Under the pieces are notes generated by a model. It saw only the letters and a list, made by a program, of their open reading frames with translations. It did not search any database and had not been told where the DNA came from. A stretch of DNA of 64,000 nucleotides, taken from assembly GCA_040382515.1 (NCBI GenBank), contig JBEIFH010000003.1:6965-70964 (forward strand), in the 5' to 3' direction. Below are positions 46,697 to 56,341 of this stretch, piece after piece (position 1 is the stretch's first letter; each line of letters begins with the position of its first letter). This DNA comes from Chlamydiia bacterium. Its GTDB lineage: Bacteria; Chlamydiota; Chlamydiia; Chlamydiales; RGXB01. Made by a program: the position numbers and the translations under genes.

Positions 46697-49675
46697 CTAG
46701 AAAGAGTTTTGTTTTTTTGATTGTGAAACCAGATCTTTGAACAGACCCTCTTTACTCATCAAATCTGTATATGTTCCTGAGTCGACAACTTTCCCCTGAT
46801 CCATCACATAGATCCGGTCTGCATTGACGATTGTGCTAAGTCTGTGGGCGATAACGATTCTTGTTATGTTGAGTTCGGCTACGTTTTTAGATAAAATTTC
46901 TTGAGAATTTGCATCCAGGCAATTTGAGGCTTCGTCTAAAATCAATACTCTAGGCTTACCGATCAAGGCCCTTGCGATCAAAATCCGCTGCGCTTCGCCG
47001 CTGCTTAATGTGAGGGCATCACTTTGTAAAAAAGTGTGCAGGCCCATACCCATTTTTTTAAGATCTTCCTCTAAGTTAGCCAGCTTCACGGCCCTCTCGA
47101 CGTCTTCTTTTGAGTAGAGGCCACCACAAACTATATTCTGATAGATAGTTCCTGTAAAAATGGATCCATTTTGGAGCACCACCCCGAGTTTACGCCTCAG
47201 TTCTCTTTTGTTGAGAGTGCGGATGTCCTGATTATCGAAAAAAACAGTGCCTATCTGGGGAGTTTCAAAACCCAGAAGAATCCTAACTAAAGTGGATTTC
47301 CCACAACCGGAAGCTCCGACTAAAGCTACAAATTCTCCGGGCAAAAATTGGAGCGAGATATTATCCAATACATTTGGTAAACCTTCCCCATAGCTGAAGG
47401 TGACGTGATCCACATTCACCAAACCCTCCAGATCGTCCACCTTGATTTTATCCTTTTCGGACTCTATTTCACCTTTTAAAATACACTGTGCCCTTTCCCA
47501 TAACGGTATGACCTTAGCTAAATCCATGAAAATTTGAACTAAATTTGTGATTCCAACAGAAAAGGGGATGTAGGCTGAAAAAAAACCTACAAGCTTTCCA
47601 ATCGTGAATATATAGTCTCGAATATGATCATTAGTCGAGATGAGATATTTTGTAATTACCCCAAAAAATATTAAATAAGAGACAATAGGGACAAGATTTA
47701 TTAGAATTTCAACAGAGTTTGTTAAAACCAGAGACTTTGAAAATAGAAGCCGCTGTTTAGAAAAAAATGGACACCAGTACTCAAAAGCGTAGGCTTCTGC
47801 CCCATGCGATCTGATCTTGGAAATACCCGAAATTACTTGCGAAATTATGCTATTGATGAACCCACTCAATTCGAGGTATTTTCTCTGGATCAATACTTTT
47901 TTATATAGAAGAAAAGAGTTTACCGCGCCAACAGCTGAGACGATACATAAACCCAATAAGGCTAATTTGGGATAGATGTAATACATAGCAAAAAAATAGA
48001 ATAGAGAGAAAAAACCTGTTAAAAGGATGTTTGAGGTAGACTGACTGAACTTTTCTTGTATCGCTTTCATGGAAGAGGCCCTTTGGATCAGATCTCCCAC
48101 AGAATATTTCTTAAAAAAGTTTACCGGGAGCTTTAAAAGTCGATCCCAAATAGCTGATTCGACTTTTAAAGAAAAAAGAGTCGACATCCGAATGAGAATG
48201 AGTCCGTTGATTATGTTGAATGTCATGACACTTATAGTAATCAAAAAAAGGGCTAGAATGACCTCTAAGTACTGACTTTTATGCCCTAATTGGATCACAT
48301 TTGTAAAAAGGAATTGATTTAAAAAGGGGACCGTTGCCGCAAGAATACCACCGAGAGTTCCGAAAAACAAAATGTAGCAAAAACTTTTTAAATTCCCGGT
48401 GAATGAAAATTTCAGAATATCTTTAATTGTCATATTCTGTTCCGGGAACGGAATGTAAAAAATGTATCCTTTTTCTTGTAGTCTATCGATCACAGGATTT
48501 GAAAGAGGCTCCTTCTCGTCTGTTTCGGGGTCATGCAAAAAATATTTTTTGCCCTTGTTGTTTAAAAGGGCTACCGGTTTCCCCTCTTTAGTAAACGCAA
48601 ATATAGGGAGGCAATCATGGGACCAAAAACCATGTACAAGTTTGATCTCTCTGTAGCGGACCCCATTTTTCTCACAAATTTCACACATCTCAAGAAAAGG
48701 ATTAGTTTCAGGAAGAGTATGTTTTTCGAATGTGAAACCCATTTCTTGTCCGATCCAGCTGCAAACTTTGAAGATAGCATCCTTACTATCTAAAGGTTCC
48801 CTTTTTTTAAACTTATTTTGGGGAATGAACGATTTTAGCCCTTTTGTAATTGAGTACTTTTTCAGTGCGATTTTTTTTTCTCTGGTCTCAATCTCTAGCT
48901 TTTTCTTTTCTGGAAAATAACGATCTATGGCACTTTCTAGAACTCGATTACGGATCCAGTTGAAAGCAAGCCAAACTCCGGGGTGCAGCAGTACCTTTTC
49001 CGGGGGTAAAGGCTTAAGTTTTGTTTTTTCTAAAGCTTTGAGGCTCCAGGTATCTAGGTAAGGATAGATTTGAATATTTTTGTCCCAGTCTAAAGTGTAA
49101 GAGGAGTCAAGATCTAATCTCCCCTCAATAATTTCCATCCAGTGCTCATGTTCCAAATTCTTTCGTGGGGGGTTTTTTTTGATACCAAATCTCTGATTTG
49201 CCTCCAATTCTACAGGCTGCTCAAAATCAATTAAAAGGTCGTTATTTTTGAAAGACTCGTTTTTAGTAAATAATCTCCTGTAATTTAAAATAGTTCTATT
49301 TATAAGCTTTAAGATTTCTAAATTAAGATGAGGTTCTTTACGAATGATTTCATCAATTTTACCGCGGGTCAATTTTAAAATCTTCATCGGGGTAAAATTG
49401 AAAAGGGCCAATCCTTGATGCTCATGAGGACGCTCGGTAGCTATAAAAAAAAGATCGCCGGGATTTAAGGCGCGTAAAAATCTCAATTGCCCCTTTTCAA
49501 TCCCTTTTATCTCAGTATTAGGGATATTTTCTGTCAAAAAGATACCGCCGTTACCCTCTTTTATAAGCCAAAAACACTCTTCCGCATCAAAGAAAGTTTT
49601 TTTATTGATCTCGATGGCAACTTCCTCGAGATCGTAATGTTTCAATTTTTCAAATAGAAATATTGGATCGCTCAT
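46697..49675 (-). CDS. ABC transporter (TMD+NBD) with a cNMP-binding-like N-terminus and a Cys-less C39-like domain
   Basis: 992 aa. Walker A GASGCGKST, signature LSSGEAQR, Walker B ILILDEAS. The N-terminus has LIKEGNGGIFL...LRALNPGDLFF. The middle region ICEKNGVRYREIKL...CLPIFAF...FLHDP resembles C39 but lacks the QxxxxCG box. Confidence 0.88.
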   Translation of the reverse strand: MSDPIFLFEKLKHYDLEEVAIEINKKTFFDAEECFWLIKEGNGGIFLTENIPNTEIKGIEKGQLRFLRALNPGDLFFIATERPHEHQGLALFNFTPMKILKLTRGKIDEIIRKEPHLNLEILKLINRTILNYRRLFTKNESFKNNDLLIDFEQPVELEANQRFGIKKNPPRKNLEHEHWMEIIEGRLDLDSSYTLDWDKNIQIYPYLDTWSLKALEKTKLKPLPPEKVLLHPGVWLAFNWIRNRVLESAIDRYFPEKKKLEIETREKKIALKKYSITKGLKSFIPQNKFKKREPLDSKDAIFKVCSWIGQEMGFTFEKHTLPETNPFLEMCEICEKNGVRYREIKLVHGFWSHDCLPIFAFTKEGKPVALLNNKGKKYFLHDPETDEKEPLSNPVIDRLQEKGYIFYIPFPEQNMTIKDILKFSFTGNLKSFCYILFFGTLGGILAATVPFLNQFLFTNVIQLGHKSQYLEVILALFLITISVMTFNIINGLILIRMSTLFSLKVESAIWDRLLKLPVNFFKKYSVGDLIQRASSMKAIQEKFSQSTSNILLTGFFSLFYFFAMYYIYPKLALLGLCIVSAVGAVNSFLLYKKVLIQRKYLELSGFINSIISQVISGISKIRSHGAEAYAFEYWCPFFSKQRLLFSKSLVLTNSVEILINLVPIVSYLIFFGVITKYLISTNDHIRDYIFTIGKLVGFFSAYIPFSVGITNLVQIFMDLAKVIPLWERAQCILKGEIESEKDKIKVDDLEGLVNVDHVTFSYGEGLPNVLDNISLQFLPGEFVALVGASGCGKSTLVRILLGFETPQIGTVFFDNQDIRTLNKRELRRKLGVVLQNGSIFTGTIYQNIVCGGLYSKEDVERAVKLANLEEDLKKMGMGLHTFLQSDALTLSSGEAQRILIARALIGKPRVLILDEASNCLDANSQEILSKNVAELNITRIVIAHRLSTIVNADRIYVMDQGKVVDSGTYTDLMSKEGLFKDLVSQSKKQNSF

Positions 49676-49677
49676 AA

Positions 49678-51900
49678 TTACTCTATCACCTCAGCCAAGA
49701 TAGAGTCCTTGTAGTGTCCATCTTGAAGCATAAGCTCCTGATGCGTCCCTCTTTGGACTATCTCACCCTTATTCAGGACAATAATTTCATCGCAATCTTT
49801 TACGGTAGCAAGCCTTTGGGCTATAATGATCGAGGCGCAACCCCTGGTGCGTAAATTGAGGCTTATTGTGGCTTCAGTTTTATAATCCAAAGCGCTTGAG
49901 ACCTCATCTGTAATTAGAATAGTAGGGTTCTTTGCTAAACCCCGGGCTATTTCTAATCTTTGTCGTTGGCCTCCGCTAAAAACTGTCCCCCCTTCACAAA
50001 TCACATTCTCGTAGCCCTTGGCTCTCTTCATAATGATGTCGTGTATGCAAGCATCTTTACATGATTTTGTCAGATCCTCCTCACTCACTAACTCATCCCA
50101 AAAAGTGAGATTGTTTTTTATGGTTTCCTGAAAAAAGAATAGAGAGGAATCTATAAAGGAAATAGAGGATCTAAAAACTTCATCGGGGATTTCTTCGATA
50201 GGTTTACCATCGTAAAGGATTTGACCTGTCCAAGGACGATACAAACCTGCAGCTAGGCGTGCTATTGTTGTTTTGCCTGAACCAACAGGCCCCACAAGTC
50301 CGATTCTTTTACCGGGTTCTAACTTTAGGTTGATGTTTTTTATTCTAGGCCCCTCTGTTTTACTGAAACCGAACGAAACGTCTATGAATTCAACGTAACC
50401 CTTTAAATTTTCTAAAGACGCCCCATTTTCGATGCTTTTAGGGCGTTCAAATAACGTTTCAGATGTATTGTCCATCACGTCATTCAATCTTTTGATATTG
50501 ATTAACATCGTCTGTAATTGACTCGACACATTCATCAATTGATTTATTGGAAACATGAAATATAAAAAAAACGATTGTAACGAGATCAGCATACCAACCG
50601 TGAGTTCCCCGTTTAAGATCTGTAGCGCGCCAATCGCTAAAAGAGCCGCCATCCCAAGCTGCAACGATGCAGTAGGGAACATTGTGAGGATAAGACTCTT
50701 GAATTGCGTATTGAAGGACGCATTTGTCATTTTTGCGTAATAACCGCTGAGAATCCCAAACGAGGTCATTTCATTCCCGGCCGATTTTATCGCCTCAATA
50801 GATCGTAAAAGGCTATAAGCGTAACCGACAGTTTTACCGTATTCCTGTTGCATAGCTGTGAATGCATCATTGCGGGAGCGGTTAATCAAAATGAATAAAA
50901 GAACATTCAAACTAGCCAAAATCAAAGCTAAAATACCTATTGGACCACTAAATAAAAAAATGGTGCAGAGGTAAAAAACCAGTAAAAGAATATTTATAGC
51001 CAAGTAGATGAATTGGCTCGACAGCACTGAAGATACAATCTCATTTAAGGTGTATCTCCATGCGATCTCCCCGGTAGATCTTTGTGAGAAAAAAAGCAAG
51101 GGGAGCTTCAAAATATGCCAAAAAAATGAGGTCGTCGAAGTTATAGTCATTTTAGTGAATAATTTCTGTATCATGTTATATTCGAATAGATTCAATAACA
51201 GTGTGACAATAAAAACAGCTAGCAATAGTCCTATTAGCAAATAACCCGCTTGTGCATTTGAGGCCGTAAGCACTTTGTCGTAAAAAAACTGGATTGAAAT
51301 AGGGACGAAAAAACAGGGAAGTAAAAGGAACGTTTTGCAAATCGACAAAAATACAATCGGTTTATAGAAACCTTTTAAGCGTCTTACCAACAGGTTTCGA
51401 AAACTATCAGGTTCACCCTTTGGTTGAAAATTTTCCGTTGGTTTAAAAGTGAGAACGTAACCGGTAAACCCCTCATCAAATACCTCGCGCGTGACTCTTC
51501 TTGGGCCCCCTTCCGGATCATTTAAGTAGATAAAATTCTTGTCCATTCCCTCGAACACTAGGTAATGGTTAAAATTCCAGTATATTATGCTTGGCAGAGG
51601 AATTTTATCGAGATCCTCCATCTCATAAGTCCGACCTTCTGTCTTAAGGCCAAAAGTTTCGGCTGCATTCGCAATATCTTTTATTGAGGTGCCATCCCTT
51701 GTGACACCGCATGTAACTCTTAGTTCTGCCAAAGGGACAAACAATTTATAATATCCGAGAATAATAGCTAAAGCAGCAGCGCCACATTCGACATTTTGCA
51801 TTTGAATAATAGTCGGAGTTCTTACTCTTTTGATCCCAAACCGGAAGGAGGGGAATTTCAGGCTACATAACTCTTTAATCCAACTGAAAAAGGGTCTCAA
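49678..51900 (-). CDS. bacteriocin/peptide-exporting ABC transporter with an N-terminal C39 peptidase domain
   Basis: 740 aa. QMQNVECGAAALAIILGYY carries the catalytic Cys, NHYLVFEG the His, and LNDPEGGPR follows. Walker A GPVGSGKTT, signature FSGGQRQR, Walker B ILITDEVS. Confidence 0.9.
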   Translation of the reverse strand: MRPFFSWIKELCSLKFPSFRFGIKRVRTPTIIQMQNVECGAAALAIILGYYKLFVPLAELRVTCGVTRDGTSIKDIANAAETFGLKTEGRTYEMEDLDKIPLPSIIYWNFNHYLVFEGMDKNFIYLNDPEGGPRRVTREVFDEGFTGYVLTFKPTENFQPKGEPDSFRNLLVRRLKGFYKPIVFLSICKTFLLLPCFFVPISIQFFYDKVLTASNAQAGYLLIGLLLAVFIVTLLLNLFEYNMIQKLFTKMTITSTTSFFWHILKLPLLFFSQRSTGEIAWRYTLNEIVSSVLSSQFIYLAINILLLVFYLCTIFLFSGPIGILALILASLNVLLFILINRSRNDAFTAMQQEYGKTVGYAYSLLRSIEAIKSAGNEMTSFGILSGYYAKMTNASFNTQFKSLILTMFPTASLQLGMAALLAIGALQILNGELTVGMLISLQSFFLYFMFPINQLMNVSSQLQTMLINIKRLNDVMDNTSETLFERPKSIENGASLENLKGYVEFIDVSFGFSKTEGPRIKNINLKLEPGKRIGLVGPVGSGKTTIARLAAGLYRPWTGQILYDGKPIEEIPDEVFRSSISFIDSSLFFFQETIKNNLTFWDELVSEEDLTKSCKDACIHDIIMKRAKGYENVICEGGTVFSGGQRQRLEIARGLAKNPTILITDEVSSALDYKTEATISLNLRTRGCASIIIAQRLATVKDCDEIIVLNKGEIVQRGTHQELMLQDGHYKDSILAEVIE

Positions 51901-51909
51901 ACATGACTC

Positions 51910-52940
51910 CTATTCCGGAAAAATTAAATCTATAGGACGCTTTTTCGAAATATGAACCCGAATATTGCAAAATTCAGGTGTAAAGCGGAAATTTTTTGGA
52001 CCTTTTTTTGAGGTCCATAGATAACCGGAAGGATCATTAGGATCTTTTTGTATTTCTATCCTTAAGTTGTATTTAGGATATTCTTCACCAATAAATTTTT
52101 GGAAAACTTCATTTTTTGCTAAATATTTCAAAAAACGTTCAGAGGTCCCCGGGTACGGATCCACATAAACAACTTTGCCCACTATGCTCCCATAAACAGG
52201 ATCCACATATTTTTGCATGGAGATGTAAGCTGTCATCCCCGCTTGGATTTTTCGCCCACTCGTGATATCAAAAAATCCGTAGACAAGGATATCATCCCCT
52301 TTCGTAAAGGGGGGGTCAACTAGGCAGATTTCAGTCCCAGCGGAAATGTAGTCTCCGGGCCCAACATACTTTGCAACAATCTCGCCTTCCACCTCGGAAA
52401 AAATAGGGATAAGAAGGGGATTTGCCTCTAATTCGTTTAAAATTTGTGTCTGTTGTTCGAGTTCCAGCTTAAGAGCTTCTACTTCGGGAGTGCTTTCTTG
52501 AGACTTCATACGATCTAAAGAAAATTGGATCTTGGCTATTTTAGAACACTGGTCATTGTAAGAACTTAGGTAGTTTTTGTCGTAAATTTTAGCTACTATC
52601 GTATGTTCATTTACAATTTCCCCTTCAAAAAGGGGCATTGATTCGACCAATCCCTCGTTTCTTGAGTATATGTAGTGTAACCCTTCCGAAGTTAAAACAA
52701 TTCCCTTCCCATCGGCATCGGAAACGATTTTCCCTTTGAAAAGCCAAATAAAAAAAAAGAGGACTATGACTCCTAAACAACCGAGGCCTAGCCATTCTTT
52801 GGGTCGAATAATCCGGATTAAAATATTTAGATCATCGGGTGAGATGAATGTATCTTCTTTTCCTTTTCTAAAGCGGGGTGAGTCGTAATTGTTTTTATTT
52901 TTTTCGAGCTGAGTTTGCCCGTTTTCTTTTGTAGAATCAT
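51910..52940 (-). CDS. HlyD-family membrane fusion protein with a disrupted or unclear 5' end
   Basis: The track ORF (TTG at 52650) lacks the membrane anchor. The same frame stays open up to 52989 and encodes FRKGKEDTFISPDDLNILIRIIRPKEWLGLGCLGVIVLFFFIW, a typical HlyD N-terminus, but it has no ATG/GTG/TTG. The ATG at 52940 is one frame off and would be joined by +1 A in the A7 run at 52898-52904. Confidence 0.7.
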
Positions 52941-53121
52941 CAGCGTTATTTTTTCCACAAAATATCTCAAAAAAACAATTAATTTTCTGTTAATAGAACC
53001 GCAATTAATTGTCAAAAATAGTTCCCCGGAAAAAATAAAAATAAATTTATATAATTCTTTACTTCCAAAATGCTGTTCAAAAAATTCGTCAGTCGACGGC
53101 CCTTTTTTTATTTTGCTCTGA

Positions 53122-53201
53122 CTTTTTATATAAACCCATTTGTGTTATTCTTTTTTCACTTTGGACGGAAGGAAAGTGAGATACGTATCTACAAAAAGGG
53201 A
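53122..53201. repeat. direct repeat flanking the export cassette, right copy
   Basis: Diverged copy of 46566-46641. It overlaps the 5' end of the oxidoreductase gene. Confidence 0.7.
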
Positions 53202-54129
53202 ATGCTATTTTGTTGCAGGGAGAGGTTTTGGGGGCCTTGCCATCTGTTACCATTTAAAGAAAAAGGTTCCCGATTCAAAAATTTTCCTCTTCGATCCCAA
53301 TCCTCTTTTCACATCCGCTTCCTCTGCGGCGAGTGGTCTTTTGGAGCCGATCGGGGGGCGCCTTGCAGCCAGATCGCCAAGAGCGAATGAGGGGTTGGAG
53401 GCGACCAAAGAGCTCTTGGATGCGGCAAGTTTTCATGTGAACAAAAAAGTTTATAAAGAGGGGGGGGTGCTCCATGCGCCCATCTCAGCTGAACAAAGGG
53501 CGGTGTTTGAAAAAAAAAGGGGGCTGAATCCCCAGTATTTCGAATGGACGCAAGGGGGAGAATTTCTGGTTAAAGAGGGGGTGAATGTATTTTCCAGAGA
53601 CTATCTTGAGGCGCTCTATTCCTTGGTACTATCCATGGGGGTGGAATTTGCCCCTGAAAAGGTTCCCCAAGACTCCAATGTCAAACAGATTTTTTATGCC
53701 ATCGGTAAAGAGATAGATAAAAAGCTTCCCGGCCAATTCCAATTGATTAGGGGGCAAGCTATGCAGGTGCAAACGGGGGAATCCATTTTTAACCTCCCTA
53801 AAGTTCATAAAGGTTACATAGCTTTGGATAGCGATCCCACCATTTACCACGTGGGTTCCACCTTTGAAAGGACAAATTTGGATCTTCCAGGTGACAAACA
53901 GGTTGCGGTGAAGGAGTTGATCGAGCGCAATAGGGAAATTTTTCCCGAAGTGGCCTTTTTGAGTCCTTTGGGTGTGTACGAGGGGATAAGGGTCTATTCT
54001 CAAACACAAGACCGGCTTCCCCGGATTATTTCTTTGGGGGGGAATCAAGTTGCCTTAGCCGGCCTTGGATCAAAGGGTCTTTTGTACCATGCACTCTATG
54101 CTAAGGAGATTGTGAGTGGGTACGCTTAA
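53140..54129 (+). CDS. FAD-dependent oxidoreductase (DAO-like)
   Basis: N-terminal dinucleotide fold YFVAGRGFGGLAICYHL. The real start may be the GTG near 53176. The C-terminus has GLGSKGLLYH. Confidence 0.7.
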   Translation: MCYSFFTLDGRKVRYVSTKRECYFVAGRGFGGLAICYHLKKKVPDSKIFLFDPNPLFTSASSAASGLLEPIGGRLAARSPRANEGLEATKELLDAASFHVNKKVYKEGGVLHAPISAEQRAVFEKKRGLNPQYFEWTQGGEFLVKEGVNVFSRDYLEALYSLVLSMGVEFAPEKVPQDSNVKQIFYAIGKEIDKKLPGQFQLIRGQAMQVQTGESIFNLPKVHKGYIALDSDPTIYHVGSTFERTNLDLPGDKQVAVKELIERNREIFPEVAFLSPLGVYEGIRVYSQTQDRLPRIISLGGNQVALAGLGSKGLLYHALYAKEIVSGYA

Positions 54130-54215
54130 TTTTCTGTAGCTCAAAGAACTTTTTTTCTAAAATTTACCGGAAGCAGTTTCACAAAAAAATTCAAAGCGGT
54201 GTACTATGGAAAGTT

Positions 54216-55019
54216 ATGACGCAAGCTCTATTCACTCTATTGGGGGTCGGCACCTCATCAGGCGTACCGCGCTTAGGTTGTTCGTGTCCCATTTGCACAA
54301 AAACTGACATCGAACCCAAGAACAGGCGCCAAAGGGTCGCCGGTTTGCTTGAGATCGGCGATAAAAAACTCCTCGTGGATGCGGGGCCCGATATAAGAAA
54401 TCAACTGTTGGAGCAAAAAGTCTGTCACATTGATGCCCTCTTTTTGACACACGAACATTTTGATCATATCGCCGGGATCGATGATGTGAAATGGATCACC
54501 GGTTATCCAAAACAATCTCTACCGATTTATGCGAACAGACCTACATATTTAGACCTAAAGAAACGGATCGCTTATCTTTTAAAGCCTGCTCTTCCCGGAA
54601 ATTCCCCCTCTTTTTATTTAAAGCAGATGCGCACATGGGAGGTGCTTGATTTTCACGGGGTAGAAATTCAAACTCTGGAGTACTCGCAGCAAAATGAGGG
54701 GCATACGAAGCCGACCCAAGTCACCGGTTTCAGGCTCGGAGATTTTGCTTTTTTAACCGATATCAAGCGTTATGAGCCCAGGTTGATCCAAGAATTGAAA
54801 GGGATAAAGACCCTAGTGTTAGGTGCTGTTCGCGACGGGGATTCGATTGCCCATTTTACCTTTGAGGAGGCGCACCATTTCAGTAAGCTCTCAGGGGCAG
54901 AAAAAACCTTTTTTATCCATCTCGACCACTCAGTCGATTACCCCGAAGCTTCAAAGCGGTTGCCCCCCAATGTCCAACTTGGGTATGATGGGTTGAAAAT
55001 AGTGATCAATCTTTCTTAA
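54216..55019 (+). CDS. MBL-fold metallo-hydrolase (PhnP-like)
   Basis: LLGVGTSSGVPRLGCSCPICT and the THEHFDH (HxHxDH) motif. Confidence 0.8.
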   Translation: MTQALFTLLGVGTSSGVPRLGCSCPICTKTDIEPKNRRQRVAGLLEIGDKKLLVDAGPDIRNQLLEQKVCHIDALFLTHEHFDHIAGIDDVKWITGYPKQSLPIYANRPTYLDLKKRIAYLLKPALPGNSPSFYLKQMRTWEVLDFHGVEIQTLEYSQQNEGHTKPTQVTGFRLGDFAFLTDIKRYEPRLIQELKGIKTLVLGAVRDGDSIAHFTFEEAHHFSKLSGAEKTFFIHLDHSVDYPEASKRLPPNVQLGYDGLKIVINLS

Positions 55020-55059
55020 AAATGGATATATCCTTAAGACCCCTTTCGAAGAGTAGCCT

Positions 55060-56340
55060 ATGACAACCCCATTAAAAAAAGCCCTACTTGTAGGCCCCTA
55101 TAGCGGTGCATCCGCAAAACAGGCTTGCCTGGATTCTTTAGAAGAGCTCAAGGCCTTGGGTGAAACCTATGGTTTTACCGAGTTTGGATTCGAGCCTTGT
55201 CCGATCAAAAAAGTGGAGGCTGCTACCTTTATCGGGGAGGGAAAAGTGGAGGAGGTGCATCAAAGGATGCAGGCTGAGGGCTTTGATTGCATGATTTTTG
55301 ATGAGGAGATCTCTCCAAACCAGCAGCGCAACATGGAGGAGATTTTAAAAAAACCGGTGATCGACAGGACAGGTCTCATCATTGAGGTTTTTGCCCAAAG
55401 GGCCCACTCCAAGGAGGCAAGACTACAGGTTGAATCGGCTAAGATCCGCTATGAGCTGCCCCGTTTGAAGCGCCTTTGGACACACCTTTCACGCCAGCGT
55501 ACCGGTGGCGGAGGGGGGAGTGGAGGTGGTGGATACCTCAAAGGGGAGGGGGAGAAGCAGATTGAGATAGACCGGCGTATTTTGGATCGTCGCCTTGTTA
55601 TGGTGGAGCAGGAGATCAAAGAGGTGCGTGCCCACCGCGCTCTGCAAAGGCAGCAACGGATGCGTTCTTATATCCCGGCATTTGCAATTGTGGGGTATAC
55701 GAATGCGGGAAAATCGAGCCTTTTGAACAGCCTGACGAATGCGGGAGTTTTATCTGAAGACAAGCTCTTTGCCACGCTGGACACGACCACAAGGCGGTTT
55801 CAGCTCCCCAATCACCAAAATGTTCTTCTGATCGATACGGTTGGATTCATCCGAAAACTTCCGCATAAGTTAGTGGATGCATTCAGAAGCACCCTGGAAG
55901 AGTCGGTGTATACCGATATACTTCTTCACGTTGTGGATGCCTCGCACCCCGAAGCTTTGGAGCATGCAGCGGAATCGATACGGGTTTTAGAGGAGATCGG
56001 TGCTAAAAATAAACCGGTCATCACCGTCATCAATAAAGCTGACAAGGTGGAAGACACGAAGATCATTGATGATTTACGTTATATTTACCCGTGTACTGTG
56101 GTGATTTCTACATTGACACGTCAGGGTTACGATGAGCTTTTTCAGTTGATGATAGAGAAGATCCAGTCTTTAAGAAAAGTTATGGAGCTGTGCATTCCCC
56201 AAAGTCATTATCACGTAGCCGCAGAGTTGATGAAGGAGGGGCGGGTTTTGGATACCGCATACGAGGGAAACGATATTCTCCTTACTATAGAAATTCCTCA
56301 GTCTCTCGAATACAAAGCGCTCCCTTACAAAAGGGGATGA
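55060..56340 (+). CDS. hflX: GTPase HflX
   Basis: G1 GYTNAGKSSLLN, G3 DTVGF, G4 NKAD, and the HflX N-terminal domain with a Gly-rich insert. Confidence 0.92.
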   Translation: MTTPLKKALLVGPYSGASAKQACLDSLEELKALGETYGFTEFGFEPCPIKKVEAATFIGEGKVEEVHQRMQAEGFDCMIFDEEISPNQQRNMEEILKKPVIDRTGLIIEVFAQRAHSKEARLQVESAKIRYELPRLKRLWTHLSRQRTGGGGGSGGGGYLKGEGEKQIEIDRRILDRRLVMVEQEIKEVRAHRALQRQQRMRSYIPAFAIVGYTNAGKSSLLNSLTNAGVLSEDKLFATLDTTTRRFQLPNHQNVLLIDTVGFIRKLPHKLVDAFRSTLEESVYTDILLHVVDASHPEALEHAAESIRVLEEIGAKNKPVITVINKADKVEDTKIIDDLRYIYPCTVVISTLTRQGYDELFQLMIEKIQSLRKVMELCIPQSHYHVAAELMKEGRVLDTAYEGNDILLTIEIPQSLEYKALPYKRG

Positions 56341-56341
56341 A

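Noticed and set aside
53070-53390. 106-aa ORF starting MLFKKFVSRRPFFYFALTFYINPFVLFFFHFG
   Set aside because: It is a read-through of the relic copy of the 45856-46644 gene end into the out-of-frame oxidoreductase gene. The DAO-like frame (53140-54129) explains the region.
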